64,000 nt of DNA from an uncultured Microthrixaceae bacterium (GTDB taxonomy: Bacteria > Actinomycetota > Acidimicrobiia > Acidimicrobiales > DATDAH01). Position 1 is the first letter of the stretch. Every line of letters starts with the position of its first letter. A program made the translations under genes and the position numbers. Location of the stretch: assembly GCA_963845425.1 (NCBI GenBank), contig CAWJSC010000005.1, positions 238,246-302,245 of the forward strand, given 5' to 3'. Shown here one piece after another: positions 50,198 through 59,639 of this stretch. Under the pieces are notes generated by a model that saw only the letters and a program-made list of their open reading frames with translations, searched no databases and was not told the DNA's origin.

Positions 50198-51562
50198 TCA
50201 GTCGGTGGGGAGCCAACTCCCGTGGGCGCCGTAGGGCACCCGCTGGGGGAGGACCACCCGGGCCACCGGCTCGGCGGCGAAGTCCTGGGCCTCGATGACC
50301 CGCAGCTCGGTCACGCCGGTGGCCTCGTCGGTGGCATACACGAGCACCCAGCCCTCGTCCTCGTCGGCGTCCCGGCCGGCGGGGGCGAACACCGGCTCGC
50401 CCAGTCGGGTGGTGGCGTTGGTGGTGTGGGTCTCGACCCCTCCGGTCCGCAGGTCGTACTTGTAGAGCTCGGAGCCGATCGCCGCGCCGATCCCCGGCTC
50501 CTCGCGGATCTCGGTGAGGTAGCCGTATCGGCTGTGGTGGCCGACGAGGCGGTCGTCGACCCGGGGGAAGTCCGCGATGCGGTCGTCCAATTGGGTCTCG
50601 GTGACCGTGCCGGTCCTCTGGTCGATGCTCCAGCGCCAGAGGTGGGCCCGGGCGCTCTCGATGTCGTCGAAGCCCCCGGCCATGGCCCGGTCCTGACGGC
50701 ACACCAACAGCTCGATCCGGTCGCCGTCCTCGTAGGCGTTGAGGGGGTGGAACACGTAGCAGGGGTCGATCTCGTGCCAGGTGACATCCGCATTGGTGCC
50801 CTCGCGGGGCATCACCCCCAGGCGGGCACCGGATTCGGGGTGCCAGCCGAAGGGCTGGTCGCCTGCCATCGCCCGTTCGAGGCCGAAGCGCACGGGCAGG
50901 TCCATGAACACGACGTGGTGTTCGGTGACGTTCCAGTCGTGCATCATCACCGGGTTGGGGATCTCGATCGGCTCGACCGCGAGGACCTCGCCGGTCGGGC
51001 CGATCCGGAAGTAGGTGAGGTACGGCGTGGTCACCACGTTGTACCCGAAGGCCAGGAGCTCGCCGGTGACGGGACACAGCTTCGGATGGGCGGTGAAGCT
51101 GGTGGCCACGGCGCCACCGAAGTCCTCGACGCCAAGGGTGTCCAGGTGGTCATCGAGGGCATAGGGCTGGTGCACCTCCTCGAGGGCCAGCCACCTGCCG
51201 TTGTGGCGCACGACGTGGGTGTTGGCGGGCGAGCAGGCGGGGTCGAGCGCCCAGTCGAGGCCGGTGCCGTCATGGTCCTTGAACGGGGTGTCCACATAGC
51301 GGTTGCGGTAGCGGGCGCCACTCTCACCGTCCAGGTCGACGGCGTGCAGCATCCCGTGGCCGAAGAACCAGTGGGGGCTGAAGCCGCTGCGGGGGTTGAA
51401 GCCGTTGCGGACATAGGTCCCCGCGAGTCCCTCCGGGAGCCGGCCGATGACCTCGAGGCCGCTGACGTCGAGCTCGTCGCGGACCGGGGCGAAGTTCCCC
51501 TGGAGGTGCCACGGCGGCGGCGCGGTGGCCGCTTCAGTGGTGGAGATCTCGGTATGGGTCAT
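50198..51562 (-). CDS. Carotenoid oxygenase family dioxygenase (CCD / lignostilbene-dioxygenase-like)
   Basis: [56 protein letters not shown] and GAHGSW (conserved His set). ATG at 51562 preceded by GAGGGA. Confidence 0.85.
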   Translation of the reverse strand: MTHTEISTTEAATAPPPWHLQGNFAPVRDELDVSGLEVIGRLPEGLAGTYVRNGFNPRSGFSPHWFFGHGMLHAVDLDGESGARYRNRYVDTPFKDHDGTGLDWALDPACSPANTHVVRHNGRWLALEEVHQPYALDDHLDTLGVEDFGGAVATSFTAHPKLCPVTGELLAFGYNVVTTPYLTYFRIGPTGEVLAVEPIEIPNPVMMHDWNVTEHHVVFMDLPVRFGLERAMAGDQPFGWHPESGARLGVMPREGTNADVTWHEIDPCYVFHPLNAYEDGDRIELLVCRQDRAMAGGFDDIESARAHLWRWSIDQRTGTVTETQLDDRIADFPRVDDRLVGHHSRYGYLTEIREEPGIGAAIGSELYKYDLRTGGVETHTTNATTRLGEPVFAPAGRDADEDEGWVLVYATDEATGVTELRVIEAQDFAAEPVARVVLPQRVPYGAHGSWLPTD

Positions 51563-51642
51563 GGGTCCCTCAGCGGTCAGCGGCCGGCGATGTGCCATGC
51601 TAACCGGACACTGAACGGTGTTAAGTCAGATCCGGGGGGACC

Positions 51643-52965
51643 ATGCGCAGGAGATTCGGGATCGGCGTGTTGGCGGGGCTGCTGTTGGTGGCCGCCTGCA
51701 GCGAGCCGGCACCGGACGAGGACGCGACCGGCTCGAGTGACGTCACGACCGTCACCGGCGACGAGGTCCGTGAGGGCGACACCGTCGTCGAGCGCTTCGC
51801 CGGCGAGGAGTGGTTCATGGGCACCATGCCCGACACCCCGGTGGCGGCCGACCCGGCCGCGGCCCCGATCGTGATCGGCATGATCAACCAGGAGGACACC
51901 CCCCTGGGCTCGTTCCCGGAGGTCCGCCGGGCGGTCGAGGGCGGCGTCGAGTTCGTCAACACCGAGCTGGGCGGTGTGGGTGGTCGGCCCATCGAGCTGC
52001 ACACCTGCATCACCAGCTTCGATCCCGAGCAATCGGCTGGCTGCGCCCAGGAGATGGTGGCCGAGGACGTGGTCGCTCTGGTGGGCGGCATCGACGTCAC
52101 CAGCAACGGCTCGATGCCCGTGTTGGAGGACAACGGCATCCCCCAACTCGGCGGCATCCCGGCCAACCTGGTCGAGCAGCAGAGCCCGGTCACCTTCTTC
52201 TTCTCCGGCGGGGTGACCGGTGGCCTCGGCGCCTTCCTGGCCGACACCGCGGACAAGGGTGGGACCTCGTCGGTCCTGGCCTACGGCGAGTTCGAGAGCT
52301 TCCAGGTGTCCGCCGAGGACTATGCCGCGCCCCTGGCTGACACGCTCGGCATCGATCTGGAGCTCATCTCCTATCCGTTGACCGCGACCGATTTCCTGCC
52401 GGTGCTGACCCGGGCCGCCGAGTCCGAGCCGGACTCGATCATCGTGGCCGCCGCGGGCTCGGCCTGCGTCCCGATCATGACCACCTACCAGGACCTGGGG
52501 ATCGAGGCCCAGCTCTACCTGGTCGGCGCCTGTGCCGACGCGGAGATCATCGAGGCTGCCGGCGGCGCCCACGAGGGCGTGCTCTTCAACTCGGAGGGCC
52601 CGCCCCTCAGCGTCGAGACCATCGAGGGAGAGGTCTTCAACGCGGTCAACGAGCTCTACGCCGACGACGAAGGCGGCGGTGCCGGGACCGTCGGCCTCCG
52701 CGGGTTCCTCAATCTCTACGCCTCGATGGCGGACCTCGGCCCCGACGGCGTGAGCCGGGAGGCGGTCCTCCGGGCGGCGCAGGTGGCCGAGAACGAGCCC
52801 AGCTTCTGGGGTCACCCCTACACCTGTGACGGGGCCCAGATCGAGGGGCTGCCCTCCCTGTGCGCCCCCCAGCAGACGCTGCTGCGCGTCGAGGATCCGG
52901 GTGAGAACCTCCCGGTCAGCGACGCATGGATCGACACCGTCGCGCTGTTCGCCGCGGCGGAGTAG
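51643..52965 (+). CDS. Branched-chain amino acid-type ABC transporter substrate-binding lipoprotein (LivJ-like)
   Basis: Lipobox LLLVAACS. Type I periplasmic binding protein pattern (IVIGMINQEDTPLGSFPE...). Confidence 0.8.
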   Translation: MRRRFGIGVLAGLLLVAACSEPAPDEDATGSSDVTTVTGDEVREGDTVVERFAGEEWFMGTMPDTPVAADPAAAPIVIGMINQEDTPLGSFPEVRRAVEGGVEFVNTELGGVGGRPIELHTCITSFDPEQSAGCAQEMVAEDVVALVGGIDVTSNGSMPVLEDNGIPQLGGIPANLVEQQSPVTFFFSGGVTGGLGAFLADTADKGGTSSVLAYGEFESFQVSAEDYAAPLADTLGIDLELISYPLTATDFLPVLTRAAESEPDSIIVAAAGSACVPIMTTYQDLGIEAQLYLVGACADAEIIEAAGGAHEGVLFNSEGPPLSVETIEGEVFNAVNELYADDEGGGAGTVGLRGFLNLYASMADLGPDGVSREAVLRAAQVAENEPSFWGHPYTCDGAQIEGLPSLCAPQQTLLRVEDPGENLPVSDAWIDTVALFAAAE

Positions 52966-52983
52966 CCGCGGGCCCTCCTGTTC

Positions 52984-54975
52984 GTGACCGAGCATCTCAC
53001 GTACCTGGTCCTCGGCCTCGGGGGTGGCGCCGTCATCGGCGCGCTCGCGGTCGGGGTGGTCATCACCCACCGGGCGAGCAACGTCATCAACTTCGGCCAT
53101 GCCGCGATCGGGATGTACCTCGCCTTCGCCTACTACGAGTTCCGGCGCAGCGGGGACCTGGTGCTGCCGATCCTCGGCCTACCCGAGCGGGTGGCCCTCT
53201 TGGACCGCCCGACGGTCGCCAGCGCGCTGGTCGTCGTCGTGCTGCTCGGGGCGGCGGTGGGGGCGACCTGCTTCCTGCTGATCTTCCGCCCGCTGCGACA
53301 GGCCCCGGCCCTGGCCCGGGTCGTGGCCAGCCTCGGGTTGATGGTGTACCTGATCGGGGTCGTCGACCTTCGCTTCGAGGGTCCGGCCGCGACCTCGCTG
53401 CAACTGGAAGGCCCGCTGTCGAGTCGGCTGATCGACGCGTTCGGGATCCAGGTGCCGGCTGACCGGTACGTGTTGGCGGCCCTGACGTTGGGGGTCATCG
53501 GCGTCCTCTGGCTGGTCGACCGCTTCACCCGCTTCGGCCTCGCGACCCGGGCGACGGCCGAGAACGAACGGGGGGCCCTGGTCCTCGGCCTGTCGCCGAC
53601 GGCCATCGGCCTGACCAACTGGATCCTGGCCTCGGTGTCGGCGGGCCTCGCGGTCATCGCCGCCGCTCCGTTGGCGGGCCTCGACCCGGCGGGCACCAGC
53701 CTGCTGATCGTGCCCGCCCTCGGGGCCGCCCTCCTCGGCGGCTTCCGGTCGATCGCTATTGCCGGTCTGGCCGGCATCGGCATCGGCATGCTCCAGTCTG
53801 AGATCCTCAACGTCCAGGCCAGTAGCTCGTGGCTGCCCGAGGTCGGCCTCCAGCAGGGGCTCCCCTTCCTGATCGTCGTGGTGGCCCTCGTGGTCCAGGG
53901 CAACCGCCTCCCCGACCGGAGCGCGGTCATCACCAGCCGGCTGCCCGTCGCGGCCGAGCCCCGACACACTATGGCGGTCACCGGGGTGATCGTGGTGGCC
54001 GGGGCCATCGCCCTCCTGACCTTGGACAGCAGCTACCGCCTGGGGATCATCGTGTCGGCCATCGCGACCGTCGTAGCCCTGTCGGTGGTCGTCCTCACCG
54101 GCCTGGTGGGCCAGATCTCGCTGGCCACCTTCGCCTTGGCCGGCACCGCAGGCTTCGCCATGGTCCGGGCCGGCGACAGCCTCGGACTGGGCTTCCCCCT
54201 CGCCCCGCTGGTGGGCATCGCCGTCGCGGTCGGATTCGGCATCCTCGCCGGCCTGCCTGCGGTTCGGGTGCGTGGCCTGACCCTGGCGGTGACCACGCTG
54301 GCGGCGTCGATCGCCATCGAGGAGCTGCTCTTCCGTTGGAGCTGGTTCAGCGGTGGGGCCGAGGGTGCCCGCGTGCCCGAGCCCAGCCTCTTCGGCATCG
54401 ACCTCGGCATCGCCGCTCCCGGCGACGCCTACCCTCGGGTCGCCTTCGGCCTGCTCGTCCTGGTGGCGATGGCCGCGGCCATGGCCCTGGTGGTCAACCT
54501 CCGGCGGGGAGCCACGGGCCGCCAGTGGCTGGCGGTGCGGGCCAACGAGCGGGCGGCCGAAGCCGCGGGGGTGCCCGTCGCTCGGGTCAAGCTGGGTGCT
54601 ACCGCGGTCGCGGCCGCCCTGGCCGGACTGGCCGGTGTGCTGCTCGCCTACCAGTCCCAGGTCGTCTCGGCGGGGTCGTTCGGCGCCATCGAATCCCTGG
54701 TGGCGGTGGCCCTGGCCTACCTGGCCGGGATCGCGACGCCGGTGGCCGCCGTCCTGGCCGGGGTCCTCACCGCCGGTGGCCTGCTGACCGTGGTGCTGGA
54801 CGAGTTGAGCGAGGGCTCGTCCAAGTACCAGTTCGCGCTGAACGGGCTGCTGCTCATGGTCATCGCCGTGCGGTTCCCGGCCGGGCTGATCGGGTCGGCC
54901 CAGCGACGTCGACGCCGGGCCCCGGCCGACGCCGCGCAGGCGCCGGCGTCGACGACCGAGGCGGTCGAGGCGTGA
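52984..54975 (+). CDS. Fused branched-chain amino acid-type ABC transporter permease (LivH-LivM fusion)
   Basis: 663-aa polytopic protein. The N-terminal half is LivH-like (VINFGHAAIGMYLAF) and the C-terminal half is LivM-like (GQISLATFALAGTAGF). Confidence 0.8.
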   Translation: MTEHLTYLVLGLGGGAVIGALAVGVVITHRASNVINFGHAAIGMYLAFAYYEFRRSGDLVLPILGLPERVALLDRPTVASALVVVVLLGAAVGATCFLLIFRPLRQAPALARVVASLGLMVYLIGVVDLRFEGPAATSLQLEGPLSSRLIDAFGIQVPADRYVLAALTLGVIGVLWLVDRFTRFGLATRATAENERGALVLGLSPTAIGLTNWILASVSAGLAVIAAAPLAGLDPAGTSLLIVPALGAALLGGFRSIAIAGLAGIGIGMLQSEILNVQASSSWLPEVGLQQGLPFLIVVVALVVQGNRLPDRSAVITSRLPVAAEPRHTMAVTGVIVVAGAIALLTLDSSYRLGIIVSAIATVVALSVVVLTGLVGQISLATFALAGTAGFAMVRAGDSLGLGFPLAPLVGIAVAVGFGILAGLPAVRVRGLTLAVTTLAASIAIEELLFRWSWFSGGAEGARVPEPSLFGIDLGIAAPGDAYPRVAFGLLVLVAMAAAMALVVNLRRGATGRQWLAVRANERAAEAAGVPVARVKLGATAVAAALAGLAGVLLAYQSQVVSAGSFGAIESLVAVALAYLAGIATPVAAVLAGVLTAGGLLTVVLDELSEGSSKYQFALNGLLLMVIAVRFPAGLIGSAQRRRRRAPADAAQAPASTTEAVEA

Positions 54976-55562
54976 CGGCCCCCGCCGAACGGGACCTGCT
55001 CCGACGGGAGGCCATCGTGGCTCAGGCGCTGGAGATCGTGGACCAGGGAGGGGCTGAGGCCCTCTCCCTGCGTACTCTCGCGCGACGCCTGGGGGTGTCG
55101 GCCCCCGCGCTCTACAACCACATCCGGTCGAAGGACGAGCTCCTCCGGCTGGTGGCAGGCGAGGGCTATACGGAGTTGGCCCGTCGGTGGACGTCCCTCG
55201 ATCCCGCCGACCAGGAGGGCTGGATCCGGGCCTCCTGCCACGCCTACGTGGCCTTCGCCCTGGAACGCCCCGGCCTGTTCGCCCTGATGTTCCGGTTCCG
55301 CCCGGCGTTGATCGAGGGTCCGGGGGAGATCGAGGACCCTGTCGCCACTGCCGTGTTCGCGGAAGCCCTGGCCGTGATCGAGCGAGCGAGCGAGGATGGG
55401 CTGCTGATGGCGGCGCCACCGCTCGAACTGGCGTTGGGCTTCTGGGCGGCCTGCCACGGCGTGGCCACCGTGCTGTCGATGAGCCCGGAGATGACCAAGG
55501 AGCTGTGGCTGGTAGACCTCGTCATCGACGGGTTGCTGGCCGGATGGAAGGAACGAGGATGA
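54972..55562 (+). CDS. TetR/AcrR family transcriptional regulator
   Basis: The GTG start overlaps the permease stop (GTGA). HTH LSLRTLARRLGVSAPALYNHIRSKDELL. Confidence 0.85.
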   Translation: MTAPAERDLLRREAIVAQALEIVDQGGAEALSLRTLARRLGVSAPALYNHIRSKDELLRLVAGEGYTELARRWTSLDPADQEGWIRASCHAYVAFALERPGLFALMFRFRPALIEGPGEIEDPVATAVFAEALAVIERASEDGLLMAAPPLELALGFWAACHGVATVLSMSPEMTKELWLVDLVIDGLLAGWKERG

Positions 55563-55649
55563 GCCGCCTCCGCACGATCCTGGCCACCGGCCAGTCGGCG
55601 ACCTCGGCCTCGAGTCTGTGGCCGGGGCTGTGCCGCCAGGCCTAGACGG

Positions 55650-55898
55650 CTAGTACCACCACTGGCCGCGACGGGGTTCGCGCCGGACCTCGTCGGCGGT
55701 GAAGGCCGACGGCAGGACCTGGTCGTCGGAGCTCCGGCGGATGCGGTAGCCGTCCCCGATGACCTCGGCGACGACGAAGCCCCGCGTCCATCGACTGTCG
55801 AAGCGATTGCGCACCTCGACCCGGGTCCCTTCGGCCAGCACCCGCTCGGTTGGTTCCACGATGGTCACGACCGTCATTGTCGGCAAGGTCCTCTCCAC
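55650..55898 (-). CDS. Small hypothetical protein (82 aa)
   Basis: ORF with coding-like composition between the TetR and selD genes. No family recognised. Confidence 0.35.
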   Translation of the reverse strand: MERTLPTMTVVTIVEPTERVLAEGTRVEVRNRFDSRWTRGFVVAEVIGDGYRIRRSSDDQVLPSAFTADEVRREPRRGQWWY

Positions 55899-55993
55899 GT
55901 CAAGGGTTGGACCCCGATATCGGCCAGGGTTTACACGGCCTTCACCTACTTGTCGTGGCGGCTCCGCCTCCGGGACCTCTTAGCCTCCGACCC

Positions 55994-56998
55994 GTGACGC
56001 CCGAGGTGCGGTTGACCGAGTGGACCAACTGCGGAGGTTGCGCCGCCAAGTGGGGAGCCACCGCGCTGCGGGGCCTGGTGGGAGAGCTGCCCGCCAGCAT
56101 CGACGCCGAGCTCCTGGTCGGTCTCGCCCCGTCCGACGACGCCGCCGTCTACCGGGTGGCCGACGACGTGGCCATGGTGTCCACCGCCGACTTCTTCCCG
56201 CCGCTGGTCGATGACCCGGGCGACTTCGGCGCCATCGCCGCGGCCAACGCCTGCTCGGACGTCTTCGCCATGGGCGCTCGGGTGACGATCGCCCTCAACC
56301 TGTCGGCCTTCCCCGAGGCCCTGCCCCGCGCGGCCATCGCCGCCATCCTCGCCGCGGCGGCCGAGACCGTGGCCGCGGCCGGTGGGACGACTGCCGGGGG
56401 CCACACCATCCGGTCCGACGAGCCCATCTTCGGCCTCGCCGTCCAGGGCGTGGTCCACCCCGACCGCATCCTGACCAAGGCCGGCGCCCGGCCCGGCGAC
56501 GTCCTGGTGCTGTCAAAGGCACTGGGCACGGGGCTGGTGTTGGCGGGCGGTACCCCGTCCGACAAGGCTGGGGCCACGGCCGGGATGCGGGCCCTGAACC
56601 GGGCCGCGTCAGAGGCCTTGGTCGCCGCGGGTGGGGCGGTCCATGCCGCCACGGACGTGACCGGTTTCGGCTTGGCCGGCCACGGCTGGGAGATGGCCGA
56701 CCGCTCCGGGGTCCGCCTGGTGTTCGAGGGCTTCCGTCTCCCGCTCTACCCCGGCGCCCGGGCCGCGGCGGAGGCCGGCGTGCGCACCGGCGGCGACCCC
56801 CGCAACCGGGACTACCTCGACGACCACGTCGACGGCGACGCCGACGACGTGGTGCAGGCCCTCGTCTATGACCCCCAGACCTCCGGCGGCCTCCTCGCCG
56901 CCGTCGATGCGAGAGTGGTGGGGGAGCTGACCGAGGCGGGCTTCGTCCCGATCGGCGGGGTCACCGACGGCCCGGTGGGCGTGACCCTCAGCGCCTGA
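55994..56998 (+). CDS. selD: Selenide, water dikinase (selenophosphate synthetase), Cys-type
   Basis: N-terminal LTEWTNCGGCAAKWG aligns with the E. coli SelD GAGCGCK loop (Cys17/Lys20 equivalents kept). AIR-synthase-like fold motifs DDAAV, TADFFPP, ANACSDVFAMGA, ATDVTGFGLAGH. Confidence 0.85.
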   Translation: MTPEVRLTEWTNCGGCAAKWGATALRGLVGELPASIDAELLVGLAPSDDAAVYRVADDVAMVSTADFFPPLVDDPGDFGAIAAANACSDVFAMGARVTIALNLSAFPEALPRAAIAAILAAAAETVAAAGGTTAGGHTIRSDEPIFGLAVQGVVHPDRILTKAGARPGDVLVLSKALGTGLVLAGGTPSDKAGATAGMRALNRAASEALVAAGGAVHAATDVTGFGLAGHGWEMADRSGVRLVFEGFRLPLYPGARAAAEAGVRTGGDPRNRDYLDDHVDGDADDVVQALVYDPQTSGGLLAAVDARVVGELTEAGFVPIGGVTDGPVGVTLSA

Positions 56999-57473
56999 CG
57001 GCGGCGAGCAGGGCGGCGACGGCAAGGACACCGGCGGCCGCTTCGACGGCGCCGCTGCGGTGTCGGCACCAGCCGCCGAGGGCGCCGACCGAGAAGGCGG
57101 AGCCGATCGAGCCGATGGAGCCGATCGAGCCGATCGAGCCGATGGAGCCGATCGAGCCGATGGAGAGCACGGAGCCGGCGGACCCGATGGACAGGATCGA
57201 TCCCGCTGAGCCGATCGAAAGCACCGAACCGGCCGAACCGATCGACAGGATCGATCCGGCGGAGCCGATCGAGACGATCGAGTTCACGGCGGCGAGCGAG
57301 CCGAGCGATCCGTCGCGGTCGGCGGCATCCTCGACCTCGGTGGCCGACGGATCGAGCCGGCTCCGCGGTGAGAGCACTGGGTTGAACCGGACGGGGTCCG
57401 TCCCGGCCACGGCGACGAGGCGACTGCCGGGGGAGAGCACCGGGTTGAAGTAGATCGTCCCCCGCTCGGCCAC
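56988..57473 (-). CDS. Ser-Ile-Gly repeat protein with C-terminal transmembrane anchor (hypothetical)
   Basis: 161-aa GTG-initiated ORF. Duplicated FNPVLSP(G/R)SRL motif, then SIGSAGS(I/V)L x4 and SIGSIG runs, ending in the hydrophobic tail AAAGVLAVAALLAAVRR. The opposite strand is also open, so the strand call is tentative. Confidence 0.4.
   Translation of the reverse strand: MAERGTIYFNPVLSPGSRLVAVAGTDPVRFNPVLSPRSRLDPSATEVEDAADRDGSLGSLAAVNSIVSIGSAGSILSIGSAGSVLSIGSAGSILSIGSAGSVLSIGSIGSIGSIGSIGSIGSIGSAFSVGALGGWCRHRSGAVEAAAGVLAVAALLAAVRR
57100..57288. repeat. Tandem repeat: 21 units of 9 bp (7 near-identical GAGCCGAT[C/G] units, then two 54-bp higher-order units)
   Basis: 57100-57162 holds seven GAGCCGATC/GAGCCGATG units. 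57163-57216 and 57217-57270 are 54-bp copies of each other with a few substitutions. The period is a multiple of 3. Confidence 0.9.
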
Positions 57474-57525
57474 CTCCGCAAGCTAGCCCTGACCCCGGGC
57501 GGGCCCGGCGGTAGGGTCGGCCCGG

Positions 57526-58233
57526 ATGACGGTCACGGCTCCGCAGCTGCGTTCGGCGATCAAGCGCCGTTCGCCGTCGCTGACGGTCGAGCGGGGACTG
57601 TGGGCCGCGGGCCACGAGGTCATCGTCGGCATGGACGAGGTGGGCCGCGGCTCCTGGGCCGGGCCGCTCAGCGTCGGGGCCGCCGTGCTCCCACAGGGCC
57701 GGCGGGTCTACAAGGTACGCGACTCCAAGATGCTGACCGAGCCCGAGCGGGAGGTCATGTACGACCGCATCGCCGACTGGTGTGTGACCTGGGCGGTCGG
57801 CCACGCCAGCCAGGTCGAGTGCGACACGCTCGGCATGTCCGCCGCCCAGAAGCTGGCGGCGGCCCGGGCCATCGAGGGTCTCGGCGTCGAGCCCGACCAG
57901 GTCCTCATCGACGGCAACTGGGACTTCGTGGGCGGCGGCCGCCGGGTCCAGAAGCTGGTCAAGGGTGACGCCCGCTGCCTGTCCATCGCTGCGGCGTCGA
58001 TCCTGGCCAAGGTCACCCGGGACCGGATCATGCGGGCCGACGCCGCGCACTACCCGGGCTACGACTTCGAGTTCAACAAGGGCTACCCGTGCCCCCGCCA
58101 CAAGGCGGCCCTGCAGTGGCTCGGTCCCAGCGCCATCCACCGTCGCACCTGGGTCTTCATGGACCACTTGAGCTGGACCGGCGTCCCGCGACAGCGCCCC
58201 CCGTCGATGCAGGGCGAGCTGTTCGCGCCTTGA
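57526..58233 (+). CDS. rnhB: Ribonuclease HII
   Basis: GMDEVGRGSWAGPL (DEDD catalytic start), VRDSKML, IDGN, KGDARCLSIAAASILAKV, NKGYP. Confidence 0.9.
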   Translation: MTVTAPQLRSAIKRRSPSLTVERGLWAAGHEVIVGMDEVGRGSWAGPLSVGAAVLPQGRRVYKVRDSKMLTEPEREVMYDRIADWCVTWAVGHASQVECDTLGMSAAQKLAAARAIEGLGVEPDQVLIDGNWDFVGGGRRVQKLVKGDARCLSIAAASILAKVTRDRIMRADAAHYPGYDFEFNKGYPCPRHKAALQWLGPSAIHRRTWVFMDHLSWTGVPRQRPPSMQGELFAP

Positions 58234-58292
58234 TGCCGGCGCCGCGACGGCGCCGTCCGGCCACGGCCGGAGGGGGCGGTTAACATCGTTCA

Positions 58293-59639
58293 GTGACCAG
58301 CGCCGGATGCCTCTTGCTCACTGGTGGCTCGGTGCTCAGTGGCACGGGAGCGGAGCCGTCGCCGACCACCGACGTCCTGGTCTGCGGCGACCGGATCGAG
58401 GCGATCGGACCAGCGGCCTCCCGAGCGGTGGCAGAGCAGGCGGACGCCGAGGCGGTCCGGCGGATCGATGCCACGGGCTGCACCGTGATGCCCGGGCTCA
58501 TCGACGCCCACTGCCACATCACCTTCGGGGAGCCGGCCGGCAACGACGAGCTGTTCTTCCATCGAGAGCAGTCCACGGCTGCGCTCGTCGCGGCCTTCAA
58601 CGTCCAGAAGCTTCTCCTGGCCGGGGTCACGGGCTTTCTCGATGCGGACTGCCTGTGGAACCTGGGGCCGGCCCTGCGCGACGCCATCGACGCCGGGATC
58701 GTCGACGGCCCCCGGATGTCAGCCGGCATGAACGCGCTGCTCACCACCGTCGGCGGCACCGCCGGGAGACTCATCCCTGACGACGGGAGGGCCGCCTACG
58801 CCCACGTCGTGGGCGATCGCGACGAGATGGTGCGGGTGACGCGCCGGCAGATCAAGCACGGAGCGGACTGGGTGAAGATCCACGTCACCGGTTCCCTGCC
58901 CAACCGGACGGGCGAGCTCACCGCGTGGTCCCTCGACGAGCTCCGGGCCGTGACCGACACCGCCCATGCGCTCGGCACGCCGACCCTGGCTCATTGCCGC
59001 AACGCCGAGTCCACTCGTCTGGCCGCCGAGGCCGGTGTGGACCTGATCCTCCATGCCAGCTTCCTCGACGACGCGGCGCTGGAGGCCGTCGTCGAAAGCG
59101 GCTCGGCCATCGCTCCCACCTTCACGTTCCTCGACAACCTGGCCCGGCACGGCGACAAGGTCGGCGCCTTGAGCACCCAGGTCGACCTGTTCCGCGGCGA
59201 GATCGCGGCCACCGCCGTCATGCTCCGCCGAGCCCATGAGGCCGGGGTCCGGCTGCTCTGTGGCTCCGAGAGTGGGTTCTCCCTCACGCCCTATGGCCAC
59301 TGGCACGCCCGGGAGGCGGAGTTGTTGGTGACCGAGGTCGGGCTGTCCCCCCTGGAAGCGCTCACGTGCGCTACTCGAAACGGCGCGATGGCGCTGCGGC
59401 GGGAGGAGGGGACGATCGGGGTCGTCGCCGAAGGGGCCGCGGCCGACCTGCTCGTCGTGGTGGGTGACCCCGTCACCGACATCGGCCTGCTCGGTGATCG
59501 AACGAACCTCCGCCACGTGATCTCCCGAGGAGTGCCCGTCGATCTCGACCGCCCGTGGCCGGAACGGCGCGCCCTGCCGGCCGAGAAGGTCGGGCTGTGG
59601 TCGGCGCGCCCCCTGACCTGGGACATTGCCCACCGGTGA
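58293..59639 (+). CDS. Amidohydrolase family protein (metal-dependent hydrolase)
   Basis: VMPGLIDAHCHI (HxH metal motif), KIHVTG, AHC, LHASF and C-terminal DLLVVVGDP are typical of the superfamily. Confidence 0.8.
   Translation: MTSAGCLLLTGGSVLSGTGAEPSPTTDVLVCGDRIEAIGPAASRAVAEQADAEAVRRIDATGCTVMPGLIDAHCHITFGEPAGNDELFFHREQSTAALVAAFNVQKLLLAGVTGFLDADCLWNLGPALRDAIDAGIVDGPRMSAGMNALLTTVGGTAGRLIPDDGRAAYAHVVGDRDEMVRVTRRQIKHGADWVKIHVTGSLPNRTGELTAWSLDELRAVTDTAHALGTPTLAHCRNAESTRLAAEAGVDLILHASFLDDAALEAVVESGSAIAPTFTFLDNLARHGDKVGALSTQVDLFRGEIAATAVMLRRAHEAGVRLLCGSESGFSLTPYGHWHAREAELLVTEVGLSPLEALTCATRNGAMALRREEGTIGVVAEGAAADLLVVVGDPVTDIGLLGDRTNLRHVISRGVPVDLDRPWPERRALPAEKVGLWSARPLTWDIAHR

Noticed and set aside
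57100-57288. Possible CRISPR array
   Set aside because: The period is only 9 bp with no unique spacers, the repeats are contiguous and in frame with an ORF, and there are no cas genes in the window.
57115-57453. Plus-strand ORF encoding an acidic EPIEPM/DPAEPI repeat protein over the same tandem repeat
   Set aside because: Third codon positions coincide on both strands here, so GC3 cannot discriminate between them. The minus-strand ORF is longer and ends in a plausible membrane anchor, so it was preferred. This rejection is tentative.
55994-57473. Selenocysteine recoding (in-frame TGA) in genes around selD
   Set aside because: Neighbouring ORFs are continuous without internal TGA, and all split genes in the window change frame rather than resume in the same frame after a TGA.
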